Source: Paraspadella gotoi (taxonomy: Eukaryota > Animalia > Chaetognatha). From it: a DNA stretch of 64,000 bases. Positions 1 to 12,480 of the stretch are shown one piece after another. The position numbers and the translations under genes were made by a program. The notes under the pieces are model-generated. The model was not told the origin of the DNA and did not search any database. It saw nothing but the letters and a program-made list of their open reading frames with translations. Within the stretch, counting starts at the first letter, position 1. Every line of letters starts with the position of its first letter. The stretch spans positions 7,323,205-7,387,204 of the forward strand of contig CM119267.1 of the NCBI GenBank assembly GCA_051294375.1, written 5' to 3'.

Positions 1-153
1 AAACGACCGTGTCGCAACTACCTGCCCCTAGAAAAGTGCGACTACTACGCGGCGAACCGATTGTGCGGCGACGCCTTCGACTGCTCCGACTCGTGCGGTC
101 TTTGCGGCGAAATTCGGAGGCAGAGGGAAAAGTACGACCTTCGTTTAGATTAG
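1..153 (+). CDS. 3' end of a gene with a C-terminal ShK/CRISP-type six-cysteine domain (starts before the window)
   Basis: Frame 1 reads KRPCRNYLPLEKCDYYAANRLCGDAFDCSDSCGLCGEIRRQREKYDLRLD* (TAG 151-153). Six Cys ending in CxxSCGLC as in ShKT domains. AATAAA at ~302. Confidence 0.65.
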   Translation, partial: KRPCRNYLPLEKCDYYAANRLCGDAFDCSDSCGLCGEIRRQREKYDLRLD

Positions 154-422
154 ATTTCGAGTTTTAAATGTCTTCATCTATAATGACAATATGACAATAA
201 GTCTCACAAGCGGAAAATTTTTAATGAAATCTACGTTATAATTATAGTTATAATTATAATTTATAGTCGCTCTTTCTCTGTATATCACTTGGTGTAGTAC
301 AAATAAAGTTAAAGAAGAATTCATTATATAGTAAAATATTAATCAATAATAATGGTATTCAAACAAAAACTTTTTTTAGTAGTCGCTATTATGAAGGACT
401 AAAATCCACAAACCATTCATCA

Positions 423-600
423 GCGGCCATTGGTGCAGGAGCCAAGTCCTTCGCCTCCCAACCCAAAGGTCCGGGGTTCTAGCCCGGTGGTCGCCTAGCA
501 GTTAAGAGGGACGGGGCGCTTAACCCGCCAGTAACATGTTGTTACAGCCTGATCCGAAGCTTAGACACTACTTATATTGAACGGTTCTGTCACTAAGTTG
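423..600 (+). mobile_element. tRNA-derived SINE-like element or degenerate tRNA pseudogene (tRNA-like head 423-493)
   Basis: Acceptor-like stem GCGGCCA/TGGTCGC, A-box-like TGGTGCAGGAG, B-box-like GGTTCTAGCC. The anticodon arm is disrupted and a GC-rich body follows. The 3' end is approximate. Confidence 0.55.
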
Positions 601-982
601 CATATTGTCCTTTTCAAAGTTAAGGATTCCATACCCTGATTATTTTTTAAATCGACTTTTCTCGAAAGAATCGATTATAATATTTAAAAAAAGGGAAAAA
701 AATAATGGATTTTTTCTCCTTAGCTTGTTTGATAGCTTCGTTAATTACTCCAGAGAAAATGGAAAAATCAATGGTTAGATCTTATCTCATGCCAAGGCTT
801 ATTAAAGTGTTTCTCTGTATGAAGCAAAAATATTGAAGAAAATCCTAACGGCGCTCCCCCGCGAAGATTTTTTTCCTGAGCAAAAAAAAAAAAAAAAAAA
901 GACAAATTTGACGCTTGGACACCTCATTAGGAGAAAATGTCGCGTCAAAAAAAAAATCGATGTTAATCGTTGGCGTTCTCTC

Positions 983-1040
983 ATTGGTCGATTCTTAGCG
1001 ATAGCGTTTCCATTGGCGAAGGCTCTCTCTTTTAAAAAGC
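983..1040 (+). promoter_or_regulatory. Putative promoter of the NIT-GC gene (two reverse CCAAT boxes plus TATA-like TTTAAAAA)
   Basis: ATTGG at 983 and 1012, TTTAAAAA at ~1031, ATG at 1099. Confidence 0.3.
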
Positions 1041-1098
1041 CTCACCTCATTTCGGATTCTTCCTCTCGTCTCCGTCATTCACGAGGCGTCTTTGGTGA

Positions 1099-4000
1099 AT
1101 GACCGCTGTCGCAGAGGGCGCTGGGCGTCGCTCGAGGATGTTCCCGTCTCTGCAAAAGGCTCGGCCTCTGCCGCGAATCGACCCCTCGTCCACATGGGAG
1201 CAGTCTCCTTCGTTGTCGCTATGCGACTACTCCGCCTCGAAGATGACCCCGGTGAGGAACGTGGGGGGGGGGGAACTGGGAAATAATTTAGGGAGCGGAA
1301 AGAGAGAATGTTTAATTGTTTATGTCAGAGCCTCTACTAGAGGATTATTAACAGTATTGATAGAAAAGAGATAAGAAAATTAAGGAACAACAAATGAGAA
1401 AACGACTTAATACAGCCAATCTCAGTGGCTCAGCGGGGGAACGCACAATCCCAACCGTGCGTTCTATCCTCAGTCCTAAGGATTTCCCGCTGCGTTGGCA
1501 AAGCGTAACGCTACTTGCTAAACCGCGCCAGTGCCAGATGGCGTCATTGAGGGTTAGATACCCCTAACGACTATATAATATATACATAGGTGATATCCCT
1601 CAAGTATAAGGGCATCACATGCTACCAGGCTGATGCTATGAAATTGGTACAACCAATATAAAAATTATCCATTCATTTAATAAATAAGCTATCTTGGCCC
1701 TGATTTTGAACACTTTGGACAGGCTTTGGTGGTTTGAGGCCTCCATCACTCTTACAAGAGAATGACATAGCAAGTCCCTCCATGCTTTCACTCCCAGAGT
1801 ACCTGGCTTCCCTATCAATTTCTAATCCATTTCACCGAATTATTCCCATCTCGCTAAAGGCAACATCTTCGGCGGGGTCTCTCTCGCCGTCACAGCTGGA
1901 CCAAGCGTTGATGGTGATGCTCAACATCAAGTCAGTAAAAGAAAAAAAAAACTATAAACGTACATACGAATTAGCAAACTGTATCATTTTAATTCAGAGC
2001 GGACTCGGGGTTCTTCGCCGCTTGCAAAGGAAATCCGATTACGCGCAAAGGCAAACGACTACAGATGTTACGAGTAATATCCCTCGCTCTGGTCCCAATC
2101 GTGGCCCTCCTCGCGGTCACTCTTCAGGTTTTTTTTAAAGAATTAAACTGGGACAATGAAAGCGATTTAAAGGTTTACGAACGGTTTACACTTTACTTTA
2201 CACTATATCTCACCTTTTGGTCTGTAAATCTATATGTAACGGCCGCTAAACATTTTTTTTTTAAAGTAAAGTAAAGTAAAGTAAAGTAAAATAAAATAAA
2301 ATGATGATAAAACGATGATTCGGTTTGGAGACGGGATCTGGTTTAATAATTTGTTAAGCATGGAAAAATGGTTCCCGAAGACATTTGTAATTCAAATTTC
2401 AATAATTTATAAAATATTTCATAAATTATGGCAGATGTCTGATATAATTAAAGACGAATATAAGACGAAGCAAATTTTCTTTCCAAGTCTCTCATATCGA
2501 CGTCGGTGAATTACGCGGCGGCGACTGATGTCCGAGCCATCATCACCTACAGCACAGAATTGGGCACTCTGCTGCACAGACTGCAAAACGAGAGGGACGC
2601 TATCGCTTTTCATCTGGGATCCCTCGGCGCCGCGGACAAAAGCGGTGGGATGGCTAAATTGCATTAAATGAAATTTGAATTGGAAACTTGAGTTTAAGTG
2701 GTACAATACAATTCTGTAAACAAAGCGGGGAGATTATAAATAAGTAAATGAGTCGGAATGCGTAGTCTATCGGGTAACACAAATTTTAAACAATAACCAC
2801 ATCACATAAGAAAATACAAAACTAACTTTATTTTTACAAATTATTTTTATCCCCCTTCCGCCAACCTCGAAAAAGCTGAGAAAATCGAATTGCCCAATTT
2901 GGTCTCCCTCTACCGGGAGACGGACTTTGCAATCTCGAACCTCTCCTCGTGGAACGTGGAGTATTCGAACTTGGGGCCTCAGTTCGAGTCGCTCGACAAT
3001 TTTCAGATATTTATCGACGCCCATCGCTACAAACTTAACCCGGAGTTGACGACGGTCGTGGACGAGATTCGGTTCTACACGGACGTGATCGAGCGGCTCT
3101 TGAGATGGATGTACGAAGCGATGAATAAGAGCAAAGCCAGATCGCTGTGGAAGATGCTCGTGTCATATCAGGTTCTAGATAGGGACCATTGAAAAAAACA
3201 CCGCGCGTCTTCAAATCTATAAATCTAACTCTTTTCCTCCAAAACAGATGCTGATGGAGAGCATGAATTTTGTGGGGATAGAAAGGAGTTACGGAGTCAT
3301 ATTTTTTGCGAAAGGAGGCTTTGATTCATACACTGACATTTTAAGATTCGCCGAGGTACGAAGCATTTCTAGAATACTCTTTACTCGGCCTTGGTCGAAT
3401 TTTGACATTGACCGCCTATCATGCTTTCCTTTAGGTGCAATCGCGGGGACGCTTATCCTTTGAATCTTCACAATTATATTTTAGTTACGTAAACCAACGC
3501 TACCAAGCAGCCTTGGCGGAAATCGAAAAGAAAACCAACGCCTCCAATTTTAGAGAAGACGTAGAATATTGGAGAAATCAAATTCGGTTTAGGTATACTC
3601 TGATACGCTATGATACGCTTTTCGCCCAAACTGAAAACTAAAGCTATGTACTGTAGGAAAAGAATGTGAGAAAGAGTGAAAGAAAGAGAAAAAGAATAAA
3701 ACAAACAGTACATTCTACAGGAGGAAGAAGTATAAAAGAGTCTTTAGTTTAAAGAAACAATAAAAAAGACAAAAAAAAGAGAAAAAAGAGAAAGAGAATG
3801 GACAGAGAGAGAGAGAGAGAGAAAGAAAGGAAGGCTTTTTCTTTTTTCTCTCTTTCTTTCCTATCTTTCTTATATTTCTTTCTTTCTTAATCATATCTCA
3901 CTTTCCTTTTAAGATTTTTCATGGATGTTTTTAGTAGAAATTTAAAAAACCATTATACTTCACAAAACCCATTCACATTCAGTGATAACAATTTTAATCA

Positions 4001-7000
4001 CCGACTTTTTTTCTCTCCGCAATCTCGACGCGACGTTAATTTTCATTGCGTCTTAGAAACGCAGCAATAGTAGCGTCGAACGGTAGTTTGGCGAACGCGC
4101 AGCACTGGTTTCGTATCATGTCGGTCTTCCTTCAAATCCTGTTGAACACGCAGCAAGACGTCGGTCTGAAAATCAAAGAAGCCACGGTGGTGAATAGTCG
4201 ACAGGTAAGCGAGAAATTTCGCGATAGAAAGCGCCTTATTTTGATCGGTGAGGTTTGATAAGTGTTCCTGCTCAGGATTTCACGGAACTTACGATAGTAT
4301 GCATAATTTTTGGTGTTTTCTTCGCCCTGACGCCGGTATCTACCGGACTCATCTACGATTTGGTTCGTCAGATTCAGGTTAACAGAATTGATCGATGGAA
4401 CGGTGATATTATAATATATTATAATATATATACATATTATATATATATTATACTAATATTATAACGTTCTAGAATTACACGGGAGTTTTAGCGGAGAGGA
4501 CTAAAAATCTGAACAAAGAGAAGCGTCGCACGGAACACGTTCTTCATCAACTTTTGCCTGGCAAGTAAAAGGTTTTCGGGTAACTTTACTATTCGACGTC
4601 CGCAACCGACCTTAGGTACTACCGGTCGGTGCTTAGTTAATCCATTTAATTTTGTTTTCCCTCTCGAGTCGAGTCTCACTTTGCATAATAATATATATTA
4701 TTTTTTGTTCAAGAATACAAATTTTATAATGAATAATAATAGTTTTAAATTTATTTTAATTGCTATTTTTATATTTTAAGTATAAAATGAATTGTTTGTT
4801 TACGTACAAGTTTATAAAGAAACAAATTTTGGACATGTTGGACATTTTGGACATCAGTGCAAAAACGAATTGAATTGTGAAACAAATATTTTTACTGACT
4901 CTTTCTCTCTCCCTCTCTTCAAACTTCAAAGTCTGTAATGTAAACAAATTTTTTTCATAAATCAATTCGTTTTTGCGCTGATGAAGGTTTACATTGAAGC
5001 CGAAAAAAGTCCGAAATTTGTGTTTCTTAATAAAATTCGATGTACTTAAACAAACAAGGAAAGGAAAAACAATATTGTTTTATTTTTTTAAACGGTTAGC
5101 AATTGGGTTAAGGTTGGTCAGGGATTAGGGGTGGTTAGGGTTAGGAATTTGTAATAAAAAGTTTTTCTACCCTTACCAGTATCTTTTTTTTATTTTTGCG
5201 TAACGAGATTTCTATATACGTCGCTCATAAGAAGCAAAAAAAAAAAAAAAAAATAACCGACCGCAAAATCCCGGTCGGCGAATGTAAAAGTAAGCCAGGT
5301 TTTTCCTTGGTCCAAAACAAAGCGTCACTAGTGGACTAGTGGCGTCTTGTTTTTCAAATTCTAACTATAGCCTATAGTTATAGCCAATAGCCTATAGCCA
5401 AGCGATTTTGAAGATAAAGTCGAGTGAAAAAAAGGCCGATGCCCTTTTGGTTCATTTCTACTAGGAAGACGAGTGAAAAATGCGGGAAGTAACGAACGAG
5501 ACGGCGAACAAAATAGCCGCAACCGTCCCTATAATAACTATATTAACCATATTAACGAAGGGCCCATCGCGGAAAAACTCAAATCGAACGAACTCATCCC
5601 GGCAGAGACGTTCAGCGACGTCTCCATCTTCTTCTCGGATATCGTCGGCTTCACCAAACTCTCCGCGGTTTCCACTCCGATGCAGGTCACGTGACTTGGG
5701 AGGGAATGAGAGAGAGAAGGTTGAAGTTGAATCGGGACTAAACCTTAGGTGATCAACATGCTGAACGATCTCTATTCGATGTTCGACGATCGACTGCGAT
5801 GCTACAACGTCTACAAAGTGGAAACAATCGGTGACGCCTACATGGTCGTTAGCGGCGCTCCAGAGGTGAGGCGAGGCGGCCTGACCAATTGACCGAATCC
5901 GCTTAACGCGTCTAATTTAACGAATTGTTTTGTTTTTTTTTGGTTTTTTTGTTTTGTTTTGTTTTTTTAAAACACGTTAGAAAACAAAAGAATAATCATT
6001 TTTTTTCCTTTTGTTTGGTCAATGGTCAGTAGAGCGTAGTAAAAATTATAAATTTTACTTTAATTAAAATTCTAAAAGTGAGGAACGAACAATAATTCTT
6101 AGTATTAATCCAATAAATGTTAAAATTTCAAAATAGTTTTTTGTAAGATTTTTTTGCAGATTTGGATTCGTCATGAAAAGTTGATATAAAGAAATATAAC
6201 TCTTTTTTAAAAATTCTTTCATTAAGTTGGTCAAATATCAAAAAAACCTATTATTAAATATATTATTAAATATTGTTAAATATCGTTTTTTTAATTTTTA
6301 ACCCACTTAATGAAAGAATTTTTAAAAATGATTAATATTTTCTTATATCAACCTTTGACGAGGAATTCAAATCTGCAATTAAAATTAAGAAAAACCTATT
6401 TTAAATTTTTAAAATTTTATAAGGATAGTAATATATACAAATATAGCCTACTGCAAAAATTAAAAAACAATTTTTTTAAAAAAATTAATATTTACTGATG
6501 ATATGTTGTTCATAGTTGACTTGTAGAATTTTCGTACGTAACATTCTCACGCTCTAATGGTCAGGTCGCCTCGTATAGGCAAAACCAAAGTAAAAGATCA
6601 TTGTTAATTGCGTTGGTCTGTCAAGTTGACGCGGGCATAACGATTTGAATGAGTTAATCATTCATTTATCGTCTTCAACGTCGTGGCGAAATGAGCTGCT
6701 TACCCAATTTCTTTCTTCCCCTCCCTTCCTGTTTCGAATCAGGCGATCGATAGTCACGCCGACGAAATTTGCAGAATGTCCCTCGATCTCTTAGATCGAA
6801 TTAAGTCGCAAGAGATTCCGCATTTGCCTGGGACGAGATTTCAGCTCAGGATCGGGATTCACTCTGGTCCCGTTGCCGCTGGTAGGCGCTATCAATTCTT
6901 ATTAAAAAGATACAAAAAGGGGGTAACTTTACCATTCGACGTCCGTAACAAACCTTAGTTACCACCAGTCGGTGCTTTGTCAATCCATTGAATTTTGTTT

Positions 7001-8707
7001 TCCCTCTAGTGTCGAGTCTCACTTTGCGCAATAATATATATTATTTTTTGTTCAATAATATAAATTTTATAATAATAATTATTTTAAATTTATTTTAATT
7101 GTTATTTTTATGTTTCAGGTAGTAAATGAATTGTTTGTTTAAATACGAGTTTTATAAAGAAACAAATTTTGGACATGTTTCTGCTTCAATTTAAGCCTTC
7201 ATCAGAGCAAAAACGAATTGATTTGTAAAACAAATATTTTTACTGACTTTCTCTCTTTTTCTCTCTTCAAACTTTTCACAAAGACTGTTGAAGGTTTACA
7301 TTGAAGCCGAAAAATGTCAGAAATTTATGTTTCTTAAAAAAAATTAAAAAATTAAAATTCGTTGTACGTAAACAAACAAAAACAATATTTTTGTGTTATA
7401 TTTTTTAAACGGTTTGCAATTGAGTTAAGGTTGGTTAGGGATTAGGGGTGGTTAGGGTTAGGGGTGGTCAGGAATTTGTAATAAAAAGTTTTTTTTCCCT
7501 TACCAGTATATTTTTATTTTTGCGATTTCTATAAACGTCGCTCATAAGAGGCAAAAAAAAAAAAAAATAACCGACCGCAAAATCCCGGTCGGCGAATGTA
7601 AAAATAAGCCCAAAAAGGATTCAACTTAGCCAGATAACCAACTGAATCTCCTCCCCACGCCCCTTTAAAGGCGTGGTGGGCGTGAAAATGCCCCGTTACT
7701 GTCTCTTCGGCGACACGGTGAACATCGCCTCTAAAATGGAATCGACGGGCCTGGCGGACAAAGTTCACATCTCGGAAAAGACGAACGAAAGTCTCGTCAA
7801 AGTCGAATCTCAACTGAAGACGAAGATCAGAGGCGTCATGACTGTGCCGGGAAAGTACGACCTCAAGACTTATTGGTTGATCGGAAGGGAGGTAAGGAAT
7901 ATTAAAAAAGCATTATAAGAATGTACATTCTACAAGTAAGACTTCGTCATTCCTTTCTTTTTTTGTGGCTCGCTTTTTATTTTTCGTATTTTTTAATTTT
8001 AAATTACGAAAGAAGTCTTAAAGTTAAAGTTGGAGGCATGCTTTTGTTACAATTTTTTATACATAAAATGTCTTAGAAATGAGTAAAAAATACGCCTAGT
8101 ATAGCCTAGGCTCTTGTTTCTGTCTGCTATTTTGTTCTAAAACTTATCTGAAAGTGAGAGAAAACTGAACTAAAACAATGTTTGTGGAAGTCAAATCACT
8201 CTTACAGGCCGATTTAAAAAATAAAACGAGGGTAAGTTTAAAAAAAAGAATAATTCGAGTTACATTTAAATTTTAATATTGAAACTGAAAGATTTATTTT
8301 TCCTCGATGAAACTAAGGGCTTTTTGAAATTCCGAACAAAAGATCATCGGTGGAAGACGCGAGGGTAAAATGCTGACGCAATCCTCGCATAGGAAAATAA
8401 AGCTGATGTAATCTCAATCTATTTTTACATCAGGCGGATAATGAAATTAAGACTGACTTTGTAAGAGCTGAATTAAATATTTTTCTTCAAAAAGCCAAAC
8501 CCAACATTATAAAAAAAAATTATGCCAAATTCATGGATTAAAACTTTTCAGCAGCGAAAGCATAAAGGATCTCGATCGGCCGGCGGCGGTCCCGGACCGG
8601 AAGCGGCGCTGGAGTCGCCCGGCGTCGTCTCCTGCAATGACTGGGACAAGTTTAAGAACAAATTCGACGTGGGAAAAGAGAATCGGGGATTCGTCCAAGA
8701 TAATTAA
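1099..8707 (+). CDS. NIT-domain receptor guanylate cyclase (NIT-GC), multi-exon
   Basis: Phase-consistent exons give [30 protein letters not shown] (TM1), [14 protein letters not shown] and VGIERSYG (NIT domain), [15 protein letters not shown] (TM2) and a coiled coil [15 protein letters not shown]. The cyclase has [53 protein letters not shown], with GTP-specific E and C. The last exon (~8550-8707) is less certain. Confidence 0.9.
1413..1570 (+). other. Structured intronic element, copy 1 (NIT-GC intron 1, 1252-1859)
   Basis: GC-rich island sharing the blocks CAGCCAATC, CAGTCCTAA, GTTGGCAAAGCG, AACCGCGCCAGTG, GGCGTCA-TGAGGGT and CCCCTAA with the reverse complement of 17176-17306. Confidence 0.7.
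4578..5296. mobile_element. Non-autonomous TIR DNA transposon (MITE), copy 1, with TTAGGG-like internal repeats
   Basis: Imperfect ~25 bp TIR (GGGTAACTTTACTATTCGACGTCCG / CGGTCGGCGAATGTAAAAGTAAGCC). 8-bp TSD AGGTTTTC/AGGTTTTT. Highly similar to 6921-7610. Confidence 0.85.
5872..6573. mobile_element. MITE with ~18 bp TIR, mariner-like CGAGG termini
   Basis: CGAGGCGGCCTGACCAATT at 5872 and AATGGTCAGGTCGCCTCG ending at 6573, followed by TA. AT-rich interior. Confidence 0.6.
6921..7610. mobile_element. Non-autonomous TIR DNA transposon (MITE), copy 2
   Basis: Same TIRs and body as 4578-5296. Perfect 8-bp TSD CAAAAAGG (6913-6920 / 7611-7618). Confidence 0.9.
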
Positions 8708-10582
8708 AAAAAAAGAGAAACTGGCTTTAATGTTGTTTCTTTCTAGTCGTAAACTCGTAGCTCGATGTTTTTTTTCGCACCTGACACGTTATATTTTCGC
8801 CGTTGTTTCGTTGTGGTAATAATTGTTTATTGGTAATAAAAGATTTATTCAAGGCCCAAAGACTCGCTTTTCTTTTACAAGATTTAACTAACGATGATAG
8901 AAAAAAGTTGGAGATTGAATTTTAGAAAGAAAAAATCTATCGCTCTTTCTCGAAAAACTTTTTTGCAATAAAGGCCTAGCGACGCTGTTAATCTACCCGC
9001 TGCTCTGCAGGACTGCGGCTGACGAATCGTACATTTATCTACTCACCATAACCGGAATGTACATTCCATTGGAGCAGTTCTCGTCACGTTCGAACCTTAG
9101 TCTCGCATTTACTGAAGCCAAACATTACCCGACTTAAGATTAAAAGCCATTCCGAAATAAAACGTTCGAGAAGCGACAGACGGAACACGAAACCAAACGA
9201 CTCCCAGCTTCAAAAACACTTTTTATTCTCAAAAAATAAAGGAGAAAAACGTGTTCCAAATTTAAGGAAGACTTACAGAACAAACCACAAAGAATACTCA
9301 AGACCAAACACCTCAAAAGTTATCGTAAGTACAATGTTTTACAAAACAATTTAACTGGTTTTTTTTCTTGGTGCATTGTTAAACATTAATAATAGCCCCA
9401 ATATTAATACTGCAGAATAGTTTTAGTTTGAAACCTCGCTATTCCTCATCCGAATTATTTTTTTCTCAAGTCGAATTATTTTAACATTCAGTTTTTATTT
9501 CACTTTCAGGATATCTGCAAGAAATTATTTTTTCACTAGCCAATTTTACTTAATTAATTAATTTTTGATTTTACTATCCTAAATTTTTAAGTCATTCGAA
9601 TCATAATTTTTTTTTTTTTTTCGCCCGGCCGAGGTTCAAAAGAAATCCCTTTTCTGTGTTGTACAATGTCCCGTTTGCCTTTTACATTAACTTCTCGTCA
9701 GTTTTTGCAACCATTTTCACAATGATTTGTTGGCCTTGGTTTTTTCTTTCAGGAAAAAAAAATCGAAACGATTTTTGCTTTCGGTAAATGACCTTTTAAT
9801 ATTGATAGCAGTTGCTATGAAGAGAAAGAGAAAGAACAGAAAAAAAAAATCGAAATTTTGGATAATTTAACGAATGGAATAAATTGAAAATGGCTGCCAA
9901 TCTTCAAAATATACCTGTACGCTTTAGTTTATTGTACTGTAGAAGAACAAAGTTTAAAATAAGGCCAGAAAAATATTTTCCCTCGTCATTCAATGCGCCC
10001 GAAAAACCGGTTTAACTTTAGTGACCGACCCGAGAGCGACTGAGAGTGACAGTCACGGCGCTTAAGAGATATCGAATCGACGGTGGGATTAAGTATAAAT
10101 TGGGAATTTCCATTCATTTCAAGACTTGTTAATCCTCTTCAATCCGTTTGCAAAACAAATATTTTTTCCCCCAAAGTATTTGCGAGTTTTCATCTCTGCC
10201 TCTGAAGGAAGAGCCGAGAATCCAACCGCCTCTTCTGCACCTCTTTGGCAGTTTTAACCCACTTGCGCTGAGAAAACTTAAGGATTGCATTTCCAAGAAC
10301 TCGTTTTTTTTTCGATTTAAGATTCGTGTCGAATTTAATTTTAATGTTGCAATCCAAATCTAAGTGAGAAACTGTAGAATGAAAAAAAAATGACATTTAC
10401 TACGATCTATAATTTTATTACACGAAAGATATAGTTTAATATTTAGATATAAAAATGTTTTAAATTTATCTTTTGTTATAAATCGTCAAATTATTTCACA
10501 TTACAGAAAAATCTCGTTTCAAAAATCTACTCGACTGCGATACATCGATCAATTCTCGGTGCCAATCGTTAAAAACAAAATC

Positions 10583-12156
10583 ATGTCTGTTGGATTCATC
10601 GGGGCGGGGAAAATCGCCAATGCCATGATTCGGGGATTCATTAATCAAAAGATGGTGGCGCCGCAACAAATCACTGCCAGTGATATCGACCGATGGTAAT
10701 TTTCAATCTTCCCACCATGATTGCTTGCTTCTTAAGTCTATAATATTTACCATAATACAATTTGAAAAAAGTTTATTTTTTTTGTTTACTATTTAAAGCT
10801 TCTAAACTTTTTTTTCAGCGCGATTTCCAAAATTAAGGAACTCGGCGCGTCAGTGGCGTCGAACAATCGCGAAACGGCGAAACAAAGCGACATTCTTTTC
10901 CTCTCCGTCAAGCCTCAAGTCATTTCTGGTAAGAATCTCAACGCCAATCACAAAAACTTTGGTGCTTAGATGTCTTAGCCTTAATGAAACCGCTTTTCTA
11001 TAGAGGTCCTATCGGAAATTAAGTCGGACATATCGGACCGAACGCTAGTCGTTTCCGTGGCGGCGGGAGTGACGATCTCCACGATCCAGGCGGCCTTGGG
11101 ACCAAACATTCGGATCATCCGCGTCATGCCCAACACTCCGATGCTCGTCGGCAAAGGCGCCTCCGGGTTTGCTCGAGGATCAAACGTCACCGACGGCGAC
11201 ATAGAGGTACAAAAAGTTTAAAAAAAGCTCACGAGTTTGGCCAAAGCTTTGTAGAGTCGAAATAGATTAAAAAAATTGATGAGATCCCCCCAGCTTTGCA
11301 TCAGTCAAGGTCTTTCTCCCTTCTTCCAGATTGCCAAGGGTTTTCTCAACAGTGTTGGGTCGAGCATGGAGACACAGGAGACTTTGCTCGACGCCGTCAC
11401 TGGCGTTTCTGGTTCGGGACCCGCCTATGCTTTGACCCTTATCGAGGCCATGGCCGAAGGCGGCGTGAAACTTGGACTCTCGCGCCAGATGGCTCAGACG
11501 TTGGCCGCGCAGACGGTGGCTGGTAAGATTCCTTTCTTTTTACGAAATTCCTCTGATCAATTAAAAATTAAATCATCCTTGAAAACTGTCCAAAACAGGT
11601 GCCGCCGAAATGTGCCTCGTCCGCAAACAACACCCGGCTCAAATTCGGGACGAGATCGTGTCGCCGGCCGGAACGACGGCCTACGCTCTACACGCTTTGG
11701 AAAAAGGCGGTTTCCGAAACTCTGTCGTTAACGCCGTGGAAGCGGCCTCTCTACGGTTTGTAACATATTTCATGGACTCGATAATCGCGTGCAGTCGAGG
11801 TGAAATTATCAAAAAATAAAGAAGTCAATTTTTGATAATGAAAGCAAGTTTATTTCAAATAATTTGATTCGAGGGAATGCGCAAAGAAATAAAATCAAAG
11901 CGACTTTTATATTCTCTTTCTTATTTTTAATGGAATTCAAATATTCGAGAGTAAAGAATTTGCCGGTATGTGCATTGTGCAATGCTAAAATTGTAGATTT
12001 TTCTTGTATTTCAGGAGCAGCGCTCTTTCAAATATCGCCCATAACTGTTCTCATTCCATGGAAGGAACCAGAGAATCTCGACAGAAAAATGACAAACTCT
12101 CTCAAGATTTGGCCGAAAAGTTTAAAAATAATAATGGGTTGAAAAATTCCGCTTAG
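10583..12156 (+). CDS. PYCR: Pyrroline-5-carboxylate reductase, multi-exon
   Basis: MSVGFIGAGKIANAM (Rossmann), SVKPQ, IRVMPNTP, DAVTGVSGSGPAY, VSPAGTT. Confidence 0.93.
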
Positions 12157-12480
12157 TGCGCGCTATATTGTTTGCCTAGTTTCAACTTATTAGTACTTAA
12201 TTACAAGGTATTTCCATATTCATTCCTTGTTATTTAATCAAATCGCCTATTCGCTGTTTGTTAATGCGTCACTGTTTGAATAAAGTCATAAACTTAGAAC
12301 TATTTATCGTAATTAACATTATATCATAATTAATTATATCTTGCTTTTAATTTGAAACTGACTTTTTATATAGACAAAAAAAAACCCTGAGATAAATAAA
12401 TTAATGAAGTTTATTTTAAAACGAAACAAACATTAGTTGTAAAGAAAATGGAATGGATAAATCAATTATGTAGATCATAG

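Noticed and set aside
423-493. Functional tRNA gene
   Set aside because: The D and anticodon arms do not pair properly and no oligo-T terminator follows.
1440-1490. Hammerhead ribozyme on the minus strand (CTGAGGA followed by a stem)
   Set aside because: No GAAA follows the stem, and the ADA-intron copy has CTGTGGA.
5105-5145. Interstitial telomere
   Set aside because: Only a few degenerate TTAGGG units, internal to a MITE and repeated in its second copy.
8985-9120. GC-rich intergenic patch with CTGCTC/GAGCAG pairing and CTGACGA
   Set aside because: Single copy, with no complete ribozyme or snoRNA motif set.
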